A DNA stretch of 64,000 nt from Verrucomicrobium spinosum. GTDB taxonomy: Bacteria; Verrucomicrobiota; Verrucomicrobiia; JADLBR01; JAIBCM01. The DNA lies in NCBI GenBank assembly GCA_020718645.1, contig DYRQ01000002.1, positions 4,781 through 68,780 on the forward strand, read 5' to 3'. Under the pieces are notes generated by a model, which saw nothing but the letters and a program-made list of their open reading frames with translations, ran no database searches and was not told where the DNA came from. Below, piece by piece: positions 17,526 to 26,395 of this stretch. Positions within the stretch are counted from its first letter, which is position 1. Every line of letters starts with the position of its first letter. Both the position numbers and the translations under genes were made by a program.

Positions 17526-18722
17526 ATGATCTTGTCAATGTTGGTGGGCATCCAAAGTGGAGGTAGCTGTAAAATGAACTGGTTGTTGAAACGCTGGAAA
17601 TGGGTGCTCGGAGTGTGTGTCTTGGCTGGGGTGCTCGTGCGGGGTGTCTTGAATGCTTTTCCTGTGGTTGTTCATGAAGTGCAGCGCTCGTTCATGATCG
17701 CAGAGGTGACTGGCACCGGCACTCTGGATGCCCGAATAAAAACCACCATCAGCCCCAAGTTACAAGAAGTGCTGGCCGAGGTGTTCGTAGATGTGGGTGA
17801 CCAAGTCAAACAAGGGCAGAACCTCGCTAGGCTCGATGACAGGGAACTTACCCGTCAAGTTGAGGTGTCGGAAGCTATACTAGCTGCTGCGCGGGCTACC
17901 GAGGAGCGCGTGCGCGTAGATGAGGCTCGAGCTGCTGCGGTGGAGACCCAGGCACGCAGCGAACATAAGCGTGCCACGGACTTGCACAACGCCCGGGTCT
18001 CTTCCCAGTCCGAACTGGATAAAGCCATCGAACAGCTACAGGTGGCAGAGTCGGACTTGGCACGCTCGAGGGCTGCCACGCTGGAGGCACAGCGACATGT
18101 GAGCACGGCAGAAAAAAATCTCGCCTACCAGCGCGAACGACTTGGATTCACCTGGATTACGAGCCCTTACGATGGGGTGATTACGCGGCGGGATCACGAT
18201 CCGGGCGGAGTGGTGGTGCCCGGAACTTCCCTCCTGCACCTTGTCTCTACAAGCGAGATGTGGGTCTCGGCGTGGGTGGACGAAACCGCCTCAGCGGCCT
18301 TGGCAGTAGGACAGAAGGCGAGGGTAGTATTTCGCTCGGATTCAGATCAGGTTTACCCGGGCACCGTGGCTAGGATCGGGAGGGAAACCGACCGTGAAAC
18401 CCGCGAGTTTGCCACGGATATACTCGTAGAAAAATTGCCGCCGAATTGGATGGTCGGCCAGCGCGCCGACGCCATTATTGAAACGGGTCGGGTAGAGGAT
18501 GCACTGGTGATACCCCTCAAATTCCTAGCGTGGCGTGGCGGAAAAGCAGGCGTTTTTGCGATGGCATCCGGCAAGGCACAATGGCGCGAGGTGCAAGTCG
18601 GTCTGCAGGGTGTCAACCAGGTGGAAATCCGTGCCGGCGTAAAAGCCGGGGAGCGCGTGGTGGCACCAGCCCAACCTTCCCTGAAGCAGCTCCAGAACGG
18701 ACAGAGAATACGGGTGCGATGA
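17526..18722 (+). CDS. HlyD-family membrane fusion protein (efflux periplasmic adaptor)
   Basis: It has an N-terminal TM segment, a coiled-coil hairpin and a beta-barrel domain. It is the first gene of the adaptor-permease-ATPase operon. The start could be the ATG at 17574 (MNWLLKRWKW). Confidence 0.8.
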   Translation: MILSMLVGIQSGGSCKMNWLLKRWKWVLGVCVLAGVLVRGVLNAFPVVVHEVQRSFMIAEVTGTGTLDARIKTTISPKLQEVLAEVFVDVGDQVKQGQNLARLDDRELTRQVEVSEAILAAARATEERVRVDEARAAAVETQARSEHKRATDLHNARVSSQSELDKAIEQLQVAESDLARSRAATLEAQRHVSTAEKNLAYQRERLGFTWITSPYDGVITRRDHDPGGVVVPGTSLLHLVSTSEMWVSAWVDETASAALAVGQKARVVFRSDSDQVYPGTVARIGRETDRETREFATDILVEKLPPNWMVGQRADAIIETGRVEDALVIPLKFLAWRGGKAGVFAMASGKAQWREVQVGLQGVNQVEIRAGVKAGERVVAPAQPSLKQLQNGQRIRVR

Positions 18723-19930
18723 ATCTGGCTCTCAAAGATATCCGCTACAACCTCGGGCGTTTTGTGCTGACGGCTGTTGGGATTGGGCTCCTGCTCATGG
18801 TGGTTATGGGCATGGGTGGCATTTACCGGGGTTTGCTGAGGGAAGCCACGCTGCTTGTGGAAAGTATCGGTGCAGACTTGTGGATCGTGCAGGGTGGAAG
18901 CCGGGGGCCGTTTGCAGAAATTTCCCGCATACCGTCTAGCGTCGAAGACCGGGTGCGGACGGTTCCGGGACTCACCGGAGTGCGGCGGTTTCTCTCGCAC
19001 ACTATCCAGCGAGAGCACGGGGGAAGGCAGTTGCGGATGGTCGTGCAGGGGCTTTCTTGGCCCGAGGATCGCGGTCAATGGATACCTCTGGTAGCAGGGA
19101 GACCCTTGAGCCAAGCGCATTACGAAATCGTGGTAGATCGCTCACTGGGCTTGGAGTTAGGGGCACGGGTGAGATTGGGCAAAGATGACTACCGCGTGGT
19201 GGGAATTACTTCTGGCATGGTGGGCACGGGTGGGGATGGGATTGCATTTTTTACGGTGGGCGATGCTCAGGCCATCCAGTTCGATGTGCCTGCCGAAGCG
19301 ACGAGGATCGAACGCCTATTGCGCCGAGGGAGGGTCGAGGAACACGAACTGGGTAGGCTCACCCCACGCTTGCTCGATCGGGCGGTTGGAGAGGCAGCCG
19401 GCATCCCGGCACTGGCGCCACCTCCCGTGAGTGCCGTGATCGCGAGCGTGGCACCGGGCGCTGACCCAGCACAAGTCGCCGCCGAGATAGCCCGCTGGCC
19501 AGATGTGACGGTTTACACGCGGGAACAGCAGATTGAGTTGCTGGTGTCAGGCATGGTGGACAAAGCCAAGCGGCAACTCGGCTTGTTCCGAGTGGTCCTA
19601 GTCATCATATCGACAATTATTATGGCGCTGATTATTTACACGCTGACTTTAGACAAGATACATGACATAGCGATGCTCAAGCTGATGGGTGCCAAAAACG
19701 GGGCCATTATCGGCTTGATTCTCCAGCAATCCCTCTTGATCGGTGGTATCGGATACCTCTTGGCTTGGTGGTTAGGCAACTACGCCTTTCCGAGATTTCC
19801 TAGGCTGGTGGTGATCGAACCCGGTGACATGCTCGTGCTGGCAGGGGTGGTCGTCCTCAATTCTGTTTTGGCAAGTTTACTCGGCATAACCAAAGCCATG
19901 AGCGTGGAACCCAGCAAAGTGCTCTCATGA
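18719..19930 (+). CDS. ABC transporter permease, FtsX/MacB-like
   Basis: MNLALKDIRYNLGRFVLTAVGIGLLLMVV is followed by a large periplasmic loop and a C-terminal FtsX 3-TM bundle. The start ATG overlaps the upstream stop (ATGA). Confidence 0.8.
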   Translation: MNLALKDIRYNLGRFVLTAVGIGLLLMVVMGMGGIYRGLLREATLLVESIGADLWIVQGGSRGPFAEISRIPSSVEDRVRTVPGLTGVRRFLSHTIQREHGGRQLRMVVQGLSWPEDRGQWIPLVAGRPLSQAHYEIVVDRSLGLELGARVRLGKDDYRVVGITSGMVGTGGDGIAFFTVGDAQAIQFDVPAEATRIERLLRRGRVEEHELGRLTPRLLDRAVGEAAGIPALAPPPVSAVIASVAPGADPAQVAAEIARWPDVTVYTREQQIELLVSGMVDKAKRQLGLFRVVLVIISTIIMALIIYTLTLDKIHDIAMLKLMGAKNGAIIGLILQQSLLIGGIGYLLAWWLGNYAFPRFPRLVVIEPGDMLVLAGVVVLNSVLASLLGITKAMSVEPSKVLS

Positions 19931-20658
19931 AAAACCCAGCGGACACACTGGCTGTGGAAGCGCTCTCGCTCACCAAGATTTACGGGTCGGGCAACACCGA
20001 AGTTGTCGGCATGAAAGAGGTCTCTTTGAGTTTGGGCAAAGGCGAAATCGTCGCGTTACTCGGCCCCAGTGGCTCCGGAAAATCCACCTTCCTCACCGCG
20101 CTCGGTCTCATCAATCCGCCCACTTCCGGACAAATACGCCTCGGGGGTCAGACGGTCATGGACGGCCCCAAGGAACTGGTGGATGTGCGTGCCTATCGCC
20201 GTCAGCATCTCGGTTTCGTTTTTCAAAAAGCCAACCTGATCCCATTTTTGAATGCATGGGAAAATGTAGCGGTGGCGATGGAGCTGAACGGGGTGCCCTC
20301 ATCTCTAGCCAAAGAGCGTGCTATGGAGTTGCTCGAATATCTGGGGGTGTCGGATCGTGCCGCGAACCACCCGAACGAACTTTCTGGCGGACAACAGCAG
20401 AGAGTCGCAGTCGCACGGGCTTTAGCCAACCGCCCCAGCTTGATTTTAGCCGATGAACCGACAGCCGCCCTCGATAGCTACCGGGGAAGACAAGTCATGG
20501 AACTATTCCAGAAAGTCGCCCGCGAACAAGGAGCCGCAGTGGTGGTGGTAACCCACGATCACCGATCACTCGATGTGTTTGACAAAACTTATGAGATGGA
20601 AGACGGAAAACTTTCCGAGGGAATAATCGGATCCCATCACACATCTTCGCCGAGGTAG
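19927..20658 (+). CDS. ABC transporter ATP-binding protein (MacB/LolD-like)
   Basis: The Walker A (GPSGSGKST), LSGGQQQRVAVARAL signature and Walker B motifs are present. It overlaps the permease gene by 4 nt. Confidence 0.9.
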   Translation: MKNPADTLAVEALSLTKIYGSGNTEVVGMKEVSLSLGKGEIVALLGPSGSGKSTFLTALGLINPPTSGQIRLGGQTVMDGPKELVDVRAYRRQHLGFVFQKANLIPFLNAWENVAVAMELNGVPSSLAKERAMELLEYLGVSDRAANHPNELSGGQQQRVAVARALANRPSLILADEPTAALDSYRGRQVMELFQKVAREQGAAVVVVTHDHRSLDVFDKTYEMEDGKLSEGIIGSHHTSSPR

Positions 20659-21350
20659 GCGCGGCGGACCTCATCGCTGGCGAGCAGTTTTTCGCCCGAG
20701 TCTTCGAGGACAATTTTGCCCGTGACGAGCACGAAGCCCCGGTGCGCAATCTGCAGTGCCTGATGCGCGTTTTGTTCGACCAACAGGATCGAAGTGCCGG
20801 AACGGTTGATTTCTTGGATGATGGCAAAAAGTTTTTCCACCACGATCGGGGCGAGACCCAAGGAGGGTTCGTCCAGCATGAGTAATTCAGGTTCACCCAT
20901 GAGGGCGCGACCCATGGCGAGCATCTGTTGTTCGCCTCCGCTCAAGGTGCCGCCGAGCTGGGTGCGGCGTTCCGCCAAGCGCGGGAAGTAGGAGAAAATG
21001 CGGTCGAGTTTGGAGGCGTTGCGGGAATCGGGGAGTTGGTAGGCGCCAATGATGAGGTTTTCCATCACGGTCAGGCGCGGAAAAATGCGGCGGCCTTCTG
21101 GCGAGAGGCAGATGCCTCGTTTGACCATCTGGTCTGGGGCAGCGTGGGGGAGAGCTTCCCCTTTCCAAGAGATCGTGCCACCACGGCGGGGCACCACGCC
21201 TGCGATGGTCAGGAGGGTCGTTGTTTTTCCAGCGCCGTTGGCACCGAGCAGGGCGACGATCTGGCCGGAGGCGACGGAGAGGGAGATGCCTTTGAGCACA
21301 TCTCCGGCATGGTATCCGGCGCGGATCTGGTCGAGCTGCAGCAGGTTCAT
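20637..21350 (-). CDS. LivF-like branched-chain amino acid ABC transporter ATP-binding protein (orphan)
   Basis: The motifs GANGAGKTT, SGGEQQMLAMGRALM, LDEPSLGLAPI and VEQNAHQAL identify the LivF/UrtE subfamily. No permease or binding-protein partner is present in the window. Confidence 0.8.
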   Translation of the reverse strand: MNLLQLDQIRAGYHAGDVLKGISLSVASGQIVALLGANGAGKTTTLLTIAGVVPRRGGTISWKGEALPHAAPDQMVKRGICLSPEGRRIFPRLTVMENLIIGAYQLPDSRNASKLDRIFSYFPRLAERRTQLGGTLSGGEQQMLAMGRALMGEPELLMLDEPSLGLAPIVVEKLFAIIQEINRSGTSILLVEQNAHQALQIAHRGFVLVTGKIVLEDSGEKLLASDEVRRAYLGEDV

Positions 21351-21360
21351 CGGCGGGATG

Positions 21361-22113
21361 TTACTCTTCGGACTCGTCAGATTCCGAGTCAATTTTTTCA
21401 GCGGAATCATCACTGTCGGCAGCATCGCGTTTTTGGCATCCGGCGACGACGAGGGTGATCTCGCCTTTCCAGTTTTTAGAGGCGAGCGAGGCGGCGAGGT
21501 CAGCGGCGGTGCCGCGGTTGAACTCCTCGAATTTTTTCGTCAATTCCCGTGCGACGCACACGGGGCGGTCGGGTAGCTGTCTCGCCAATTCCGCGAGGGT
21601 TTTTCCGATGCGGTAGGGAGACTCAAAAAAGACCGTAGTGGCTCGGCGGTGGACGAGGGCTTGGACCACTTTGGCGCGCTGGCCGGATTTGACGGGCAGG
21701 AACCCTTCAAAGAGAAAAGGGCACATGGGCAGACCGCTGGCGGCGAGAGCGCTGAGGACAGCCGAAGGACCAGGAATGACCTCGACCGTGACACCGGCGG
21801 CCACGCAAGCGGCGATCAAGCGTTCGCCTGGATCCGAGACGCCTGGGAATCCTGCGTCCGAGACGAGGGCGATGGTGGTGCCGCCCTGGAGTTGGCCGAT
21901 GAATTCGGCAGTGCGTTTGGCCTCGTTGAACTGGTGGTAGCTGATCAGGGGTTTGCGGATTTCGTAATGGCTGAGGAGGACGGAGGTGTGGCGCGTGTCC
22001 TCGGCAGCGATGCAGTCAGCTTCTTTGAGGGTGCGGAGAGCTCGCAGGGTGATGTCCTCGAGGTTGCCGATGGGAGTGGCTACCACGAAGAGTTTGCCGC
22101 CAGGAGAGTGCAT
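21361..22113 (-). CDS. rsmI: 16S rRNA (cytidine1402-2'-O)-methyltransferase
   Basis: The tetrapyrrole-methylase fold is indicated by LFVVATPIGNLEDITLRALRTLKEADCIAAEDTRH. There is an acidic C-terminal tail. Confidence 0.9.
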   Translation of the reverse strand: MHSPGGKLFVVATPIGNLEDITLRALRTLKEADCIAAEDTRHTSVLLSHYEIRKPLISYHQFNEAKRTAEFIGQLQGGTTIALVSDAGFPGVSDPGERLIAACVAAGVTVEVIPGPSAVLSALAASGLPMCPFLFEGFLPVKSGQRAKVVQALVHRRATTVFFESPYRIGKTLAELARQLPDRPVCVARELTKKFEEFNRGTAADLAASLASKNWKGEITLVVAGCQKRDAADSDDSAEKIDSESDESEE

Positions 22114-22122
22114 GGCGAGCGG

Positions 22123-23265
22123 CTACAGGGGGCTGACGGGTTTGAGTGATTTGAGGATGTGGCGGGTGATGCGTCGGGAGGCGCCGGGCTCGCCCAGATC
22201 TTCGACGACCTTGCGGAGCATCTTCTGTTGGGCTTTGCGTTTGGACTCGCTGGCGAGCAGCTCGATCGCAGCACGGGCTATGTGGTTAGGGCGGGCTTTG
22301 GACTGGATGAGTTCGGGCACCACACCTTCGTTGAGCAGGAGATTCACGATGGAAAGGAAGGGGATTTTGACCAGCATTTTGGCGAAGAGGTAAGTGAGCC
22401 AATTGACCTTGTAAAAGACCACCATGGGCGTGTTGGCTACGGCGCACTCGAGGGTGGCTGTGCCAGAGGAGACGAGGGCCAAATGGCAGCGAGAGATGTG
22501 AGTGGCTGTGTAGCTGGAGAGCACTTGGATATCGAGCGCGTAGCCGATTTGCTGCTCGATCATTTTGGCCTCCACCTCGGCGACTTCGGGCGTGGGGGCG
22601 ATGCAGTAAAACGAAAAGTTGCCCTGCACGGAAGTCATGATCATGGCCGCTTCCAGCAGCAGAGGCAGATGGGTTTCCACCTCTTTTGGGCGGCTGCCCG
22701 GGAGGAGAGCGATGCGGATTTTATCCTCGGGGGTGGCGTTGTTTTCCGGCAGGAAAAGGCGGTCTAGAATGGGGTGGCCGAGCCAGTGGGTTTTCAGGTT
22801 AGGCGATTTCTCGCGGAACCAATCGGGTTCGAACGGAAAGATGCAAAACAGGGCATCCACATTTTTCTCGAGGATAGAAGCGCGCTCAGGTTTCCAAGCC
22901 CAGACTTGGGGGCTGACATAGTAGAAAATTTTGCAGGAGGGGAGAAGCTCTCGGACTTTTTTCAGAAAGCGGAGATTGAATCCTGGGTAGTCTATGAGAA
23001 CGATGGCATCCGGCAGTATCGCTTGGCATTCCGCGAGTAGGCGGTGAAAATAGGAGCGAAGGCGCGGGTAGTGTTTAATGACCTCAATGAGGCCGACTAC
23101 CCCGTGTTTGGCCAAGTCAATAGACTGTCTTTGGCCAGCCGCTAACATCCGCTCTCCGCCAGCGCCGAAGCATTCTGTAGAGGGATCCTCAATGCGCAGT
23201 GCTGCTATCAGGTCGGCACCGATAAGGTCGCCGCTGGTCTCGCCCGCGATGAGAAAAACTTTCAT
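22123..23265 (-). CDS. lpxB: Lipid-A-disaccharide synthase
   Basis: The sequence begins MKVFLIAGETSGDLIGADLIAALR and has the GT19 family length and motifs. Confidence 0.9.
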   Translation of the reverse strand: MKVFLIAGETSGDLIGADLIAALRIEDPSTECFGAGGERMLAAGQRQSIDLAKHGVVGLIEVIKHYPRLRSYFHRLLAECQAILPDAIVLIDYPGFNLRFLKKVRELLPSCKIFYYVSPQVWAWKPERASILEKNVDALFCIFPFEPDWFREKSPNLKTHWLGHPILDRLFLPENNATPEDKIRIALLPGSRPKEVETHLPLLLEAAMIMTSVQGNFSFYCIAPTPEVAEVEAKMIEQQIGYALDIQVLSSYTATHISRCHLALVSSGTATLECAVANTPMVVFYKVNWLTYLFAKMLVKIPFLSIVNLLLNEGVVPELIQSKARPNHIARAAIELLASESKRKAQQKMLRKVVEDLGEPGASRRITRHILKSLKPVSPL

Positions 23266-23280
23266 GAGGTGGTGTCCAGA

Positions 23281-24210
23281 CTAGCGGGCGGGGTTGTTTT
23301 TCCAAATCAATTCGGTGATCTGCACAGCTATATCCAAGGCATGGGCACCGTGGGCTCCAGAGACCACAGGCTGACTCTTGGCTAGGGCGCATTCGGTGAA
23401 GGATTTGAGTTCCATCTTCAGCGGCTCCTGTTTTTCAACAGGGACTTTTTCTCGGGTGATCTGGAGCCCGACCTTGCGGTAGATTTCGCCCTCCTGTTTC
23501 TGATAGTCGAGGGAGAGGTAAGTATCCTCTTGGAAAACCCGGATTTTACGCATTTTCTCAGGGCTGATGCGGCTGGTGGTGATGTTGGCCACGCACCCGT
23601 TTTCGAAGCGGATACGAGCGTTGGCGATATCCTCGCCTTTGCTGAGCACGGCCACGCCCACGGCGTCTATGTTCTGGATGGGGGAGTGGACGAGGTGCAA
23701 GATAATCTCGAGGTCGTGGATCATGAGATCCAGCACGACGCCGACATCGGTGCTGCGACCAGGGTAGGGGGAGAGCCGGTGAGCCTCGATGAATTTTGGG
23801 GCGGTGAGCTGGGTCTCCAGAATTTTCAACACAGGGTTGAATCGTTCGATGTGGCCGACTTGGAGGACGGCGTTTTTCTCGGCGGCCAGATGCACGAGTT
23901 TCTTCGCGTCTTCCGGGTTCTCGGTGATCGGTTTTTCAATCAGCAGATGTTTGCTTGCCTCGAGAAAGGGGCGAGCCACCTCGTAGTGGTAAGTGGTGGG
24001 AGTAGCGATGGTCGCGGCATCCACGAGATCCATGAGTTCCGTCACGCTGGCGCAGGCGCGAATGCCGTATTGCTGGGCTGTGCGCTGGCGCACATTGGCA
24101 TCCGTGTCGTAGATACCGACAAACTCGACATTCTCGAGCAACGAATAAATCCTCGCGTGTTCGCGCCCTATGTGCCCGACGCCTACAACTCCAACTTTTA
24201 ATTTTTGCAT
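23281..24210 (-). CDS. Gfo/Idh/MocA-family NAD-dependent oxidoreductase (possible GnnA-like UDP-GlcNAc 3-dehydrogenase)
   Basis: A Rossmann N-terminus (KVGVVGVGHIGREHARIY) and an EKP motif are present. The position between lpxB and lpxI supports the GnnA idea, which is inference only. Confidence 0.8.
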   Translation of the reverse strand: MQKLKVGVVGVGHIGREHARIYSLLENVEFVGIYDTDANVRQRTAQQYGIRACASVTELMDLVDAATIATPTTYHYEVARPFLEASKHLLIEKPITENPEDAKKLVHLAAEKNAVLQVGHIERFNPVLKILETQLTAPKFIEAHRLSPYPGRSTDVGVVLDLMIHDLEIILHLVHSPIQNIDAVGVAVLSKGEDIANARIRFENGCVANITTSRISPEKMRKIRVFQEDTYLSLDYQKQEGEIYRKVGLQITREKVPVEKQEPLKMELKSFTECALAKSQPVVSGAHGAHALDIAVQITELIWKNNPAR

Positions 24211-24211
24211 A

Positions 24212-25033
24212 TCAATCCTCTGGTGCGGTCAGGCAAGTGATGCCCTGCGAAAAAGCTATCCAGCTTAGTTTATCTCTCTCTAAAAGCAAGGTTTTTCTCG
24301 CTTCAACTGCTACGGTGGTGATGCCGCACTCGGCGGCAGTCGTGAGTGTTCCCGGCCCGATGACAGGCACATCGAAGCGCATATCTTGGTTGGGTTTGGA
24401 GACTTTGACTGCAACGGCGTCCTTGGCGAGGGAGCCCCCGCGGCGCAGGGCATCGTTGGTGCCTTCAAAGGCTTCTACTGCCAAGACCGTGCCGTTTTTG
24501 ACCACGACAATCTGGCCTATATCGAGTGCGCTGACAGCCTTGGCTATCTCGAAGCCGTAGCGGACATCGTCCATAGTTCTGCGGGAGGGTTTTGGTCCCG
24601 CGACCCAGCCGGGTTGAGCTAGGCGGTCTTCCATGTAAGTCGTGGCAGGCAGCACCTTGACACCGGCTTTGCCAAGCTCATCGGCAATGGCAGAAAATAT
24701 GGATTCTGCATTGCGTTTGCGGAGCTTGGCCAGCAAGAGCAGGGCTTTGATGTCTGGTTTGAGATCAAAAAGGTTGGAGGGTCGGATCTGGCCAGCCATG
24801 ACGGCTGTCCGTGCGCCGGATCCAGAGAGAAAGCGGGTCATGCGTCCGAGTTGTCCCACGCGCATCCAGTCGCATTTCCATGCGCGGGAGGCAAGAGCTG
24901 GGTCTGTCTCCCCCTCGAAGGCAGCCATGACCACTCGGGCGCCTTGAGCTAGGGCGCACTCCATCCATTCGGCAGGATAAACGCCGCGGCCTGCAATCAG
25001 GCCGATGGGGGAGGAGGCGTCTGCTGAGTTCAT
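24212..25033 (-). CDS. lpxI: UDP-2,3-diacylglucosamine hydrolase, LpxI type (DUF1009)
   Basis: The sequence contains GLIAGRGVYP, LDIGQIVVVKNGTVLAVEAFEGTNDALRRGG and DVPVIGPGT, which resemble Caulobacter LpxI. The gene is adjacent to lpxB. Confidence 0.8.
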   Translation of the reverse strand: MNSADASSPIGLIAGRGVYPAEWMECALAQGARVVMAAFEGETDPALASRAWKCDWMRVGQLGRMTRFLSGSGARTAVMAGQIRPSNLFDLKPDIKALLLLAKLRKRNAESIFSAIADELGKAGVKVLPATTYMEDRLAQPGWVAGPKPSRRTMDDVRYGFEIAKAVSALDIGQIVVVKNGTVLAVEAFEGTNDALRRGGSLAKDAVAVKVSKPNQDMRFDVPVIGPGTLTTAAECGITTVAVEARKTLLLERDKLSWIAFSQGITCLTAPED

Positions 25034-25056
25034 GCCGTTGGAGTTGGGGTCTGGCG

Positions 25057-26067
25057 TCAGTCTTGGAACAGGTGCGGGGCTATGTAGTAGGGTCTGCCGG
25101 GTTTGATGGCGCCGAGAATCTCTGGCACGATTTCAAGAGTCAAAGTGCGGTGACGGCTTTCCATGCTGAGGAGTTGGAAAATGTTGAAAAAGCTGAAGGG
25201 GATAGTGTAGCGGATGACTCTCGCCTCTTTCACCCCCGCCAGTTTTTTGGCCTCGGCAACGGCGTCTTCGAAGTATCCGAGCTTATCCACCAACCCGGCT
25301 GCCAGCGCGTTTTTACCGCTGATCGGACGGCCATCGGCCACCCCCGATTTGAGTTCGTCAATGTTGAGCTGCCGCTCGATGGCGACTATGCCAACAAACT
25401 TTTCGTAGGTCTCCATGATCATGTCTTGGACATATTTTTTTTCCTCTTCAGTCGGTGCCCGGTCACCCGAGAGGATGTCTTTGAATTTACCAGATTTGAA
25501 AGTGTGGAAGCGGACACCGATTTTACCCGAGAGCCCTTCATAGTCCATGCTCTGCATGATGACGCCAATACTGCCGGTAAGGGTGAGTTCGTTCGCCACT
25601 ATTTTCGAGGCACCCATAGCTGCGTAGTAACCGCCGGAGGCTGCGACGGACATCATGTGAACCACGACAGGTTTTTGATAATCGTCGCGGGTTTTCTTGA
25701 TTTCGTGGTAGAGCACATCGCTGGCGTTGACCTCGCCTCCGGGTGAATCAATGTTGAGGATAATGGCTTTGACATCCTCATCTTCGCGGGCTCGTTCGAG
25801 TTGCTCGATGACGGTGTCCACCATGGACTCTGCCGCATAGCTTTCAATAGCGTAGCTGATGACACCGACGAGATCTATGACAGCGATTTTGTCGTGGGAT
25901 TCGCCATCAATCATGGTCTCTTCCCCGAGCATCGTCGCCTTGGGCTTATCGGTGGGGGTTTTCCATTGGAGACTCAGATAGAAGACGATGTTGACGATGA
26001 GGCTGACCAGCAGAAAGAGGACCAGCAGGATTGAAAGGCATCCTGACTGTGTTTGAGATCGGTTCAT
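25057..26067 (-). CDS. sppA: Signal peptide peptidase SppA (S49, 36K type)
   Basis: An N-terminal TM segment is followed by the S49 core SVAASGGYYAAMGASKIVANELTLTGSIGV. Confidence 0.85.
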   Translation of the reverse strand: MNRSQTQSGCLSILLVLFLLVSLIVNIVFYLSLQWKTPTDKPKATMLGEETMIDGESHDKIAVIDLVGVISYAIESYAAESMVDTVIEQLERAREDEDVKAIILNIDSPGGEVNASDVLYHEIKKTRDDYQKPVVVHMMSVAASGGYYAAMGASKIVANELTLTGSIGVIMQSMDYEGLSGKIGVRFHTFKSGKFKDILSGDRAPTEEEKKYVQDMIMETYEKFVGIVAIERQLNIDELKSGVADGRPISGKNALAAGLVDKLGYFEDAVAEAKKLAGVKEARVIRYTIPFSFFNIFQLLSMESRHRTLTLEIVPEILGAIKPGRPYYIAPHLFQD

Positions 26068-26180
26068 AGATTGCTTAACCTTGCCGCCTACAGCGCCGCC
26101 CGCAAGTGGAAAAGCTGTTTCCTAGGAACTCTACTCCTATCGTTCAAGCAGGATGATACCGGGAACAGAAATGTGTGCAA

Positions 26181-26200
26181 AACCCAGATTAACCCAGATT
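26181..26200. repeat. Perfect tandem duplication of the 10-mer AACCCAGATT
   Basis: Directly seen: aacccagatt aacccagatt at 26181-26200, in the intergenic region ahead of the AT-rich island gene. Confidence 0.9.
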
Positions 26201-26265
26201 TTGCAATAGCAAGCGATAGGTGCAGATGCGAGGCGTAAGCTCGCCTGTGCTTGTGGGTGATGCTG

Positions 26266-26281
26266 TTGTAATGTATTACAA
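26266..26281. promoter_or_regulatory. Perfect palindrome TTGTAAT-GT-ATTACAA (candidate operator) about 115 nt upstream of the island ORF
   Basis: The 7-bp arms are exact reverse complements with a 2-nt spacer. A small hairpin AGGCG-TAAGCT-CGCCT lies just upstream (26231-26246). Confidence 0.3.
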
Positions 26282-26395
26282 AACACTAGAAGCATGGTAG
26301 CTGACTAGTCTCCCAGCCCAACTGAAGTAACAAAATAGTGTCACTTCTAGCACCTCTTGATTGGCTGTGTATTTTCTGATCTAAATATGCAATAA

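Noticed and set aside
18530-18718. 63-codon upstream extension of the FtsX-like permease ORF
   Set aside because: It overlaps the 3' end of the HlyD gene in another frame. The permease N-terminal TM helix begins right at the internal ATG 18719, which forms an ATGA overlap with the HlyD stop.
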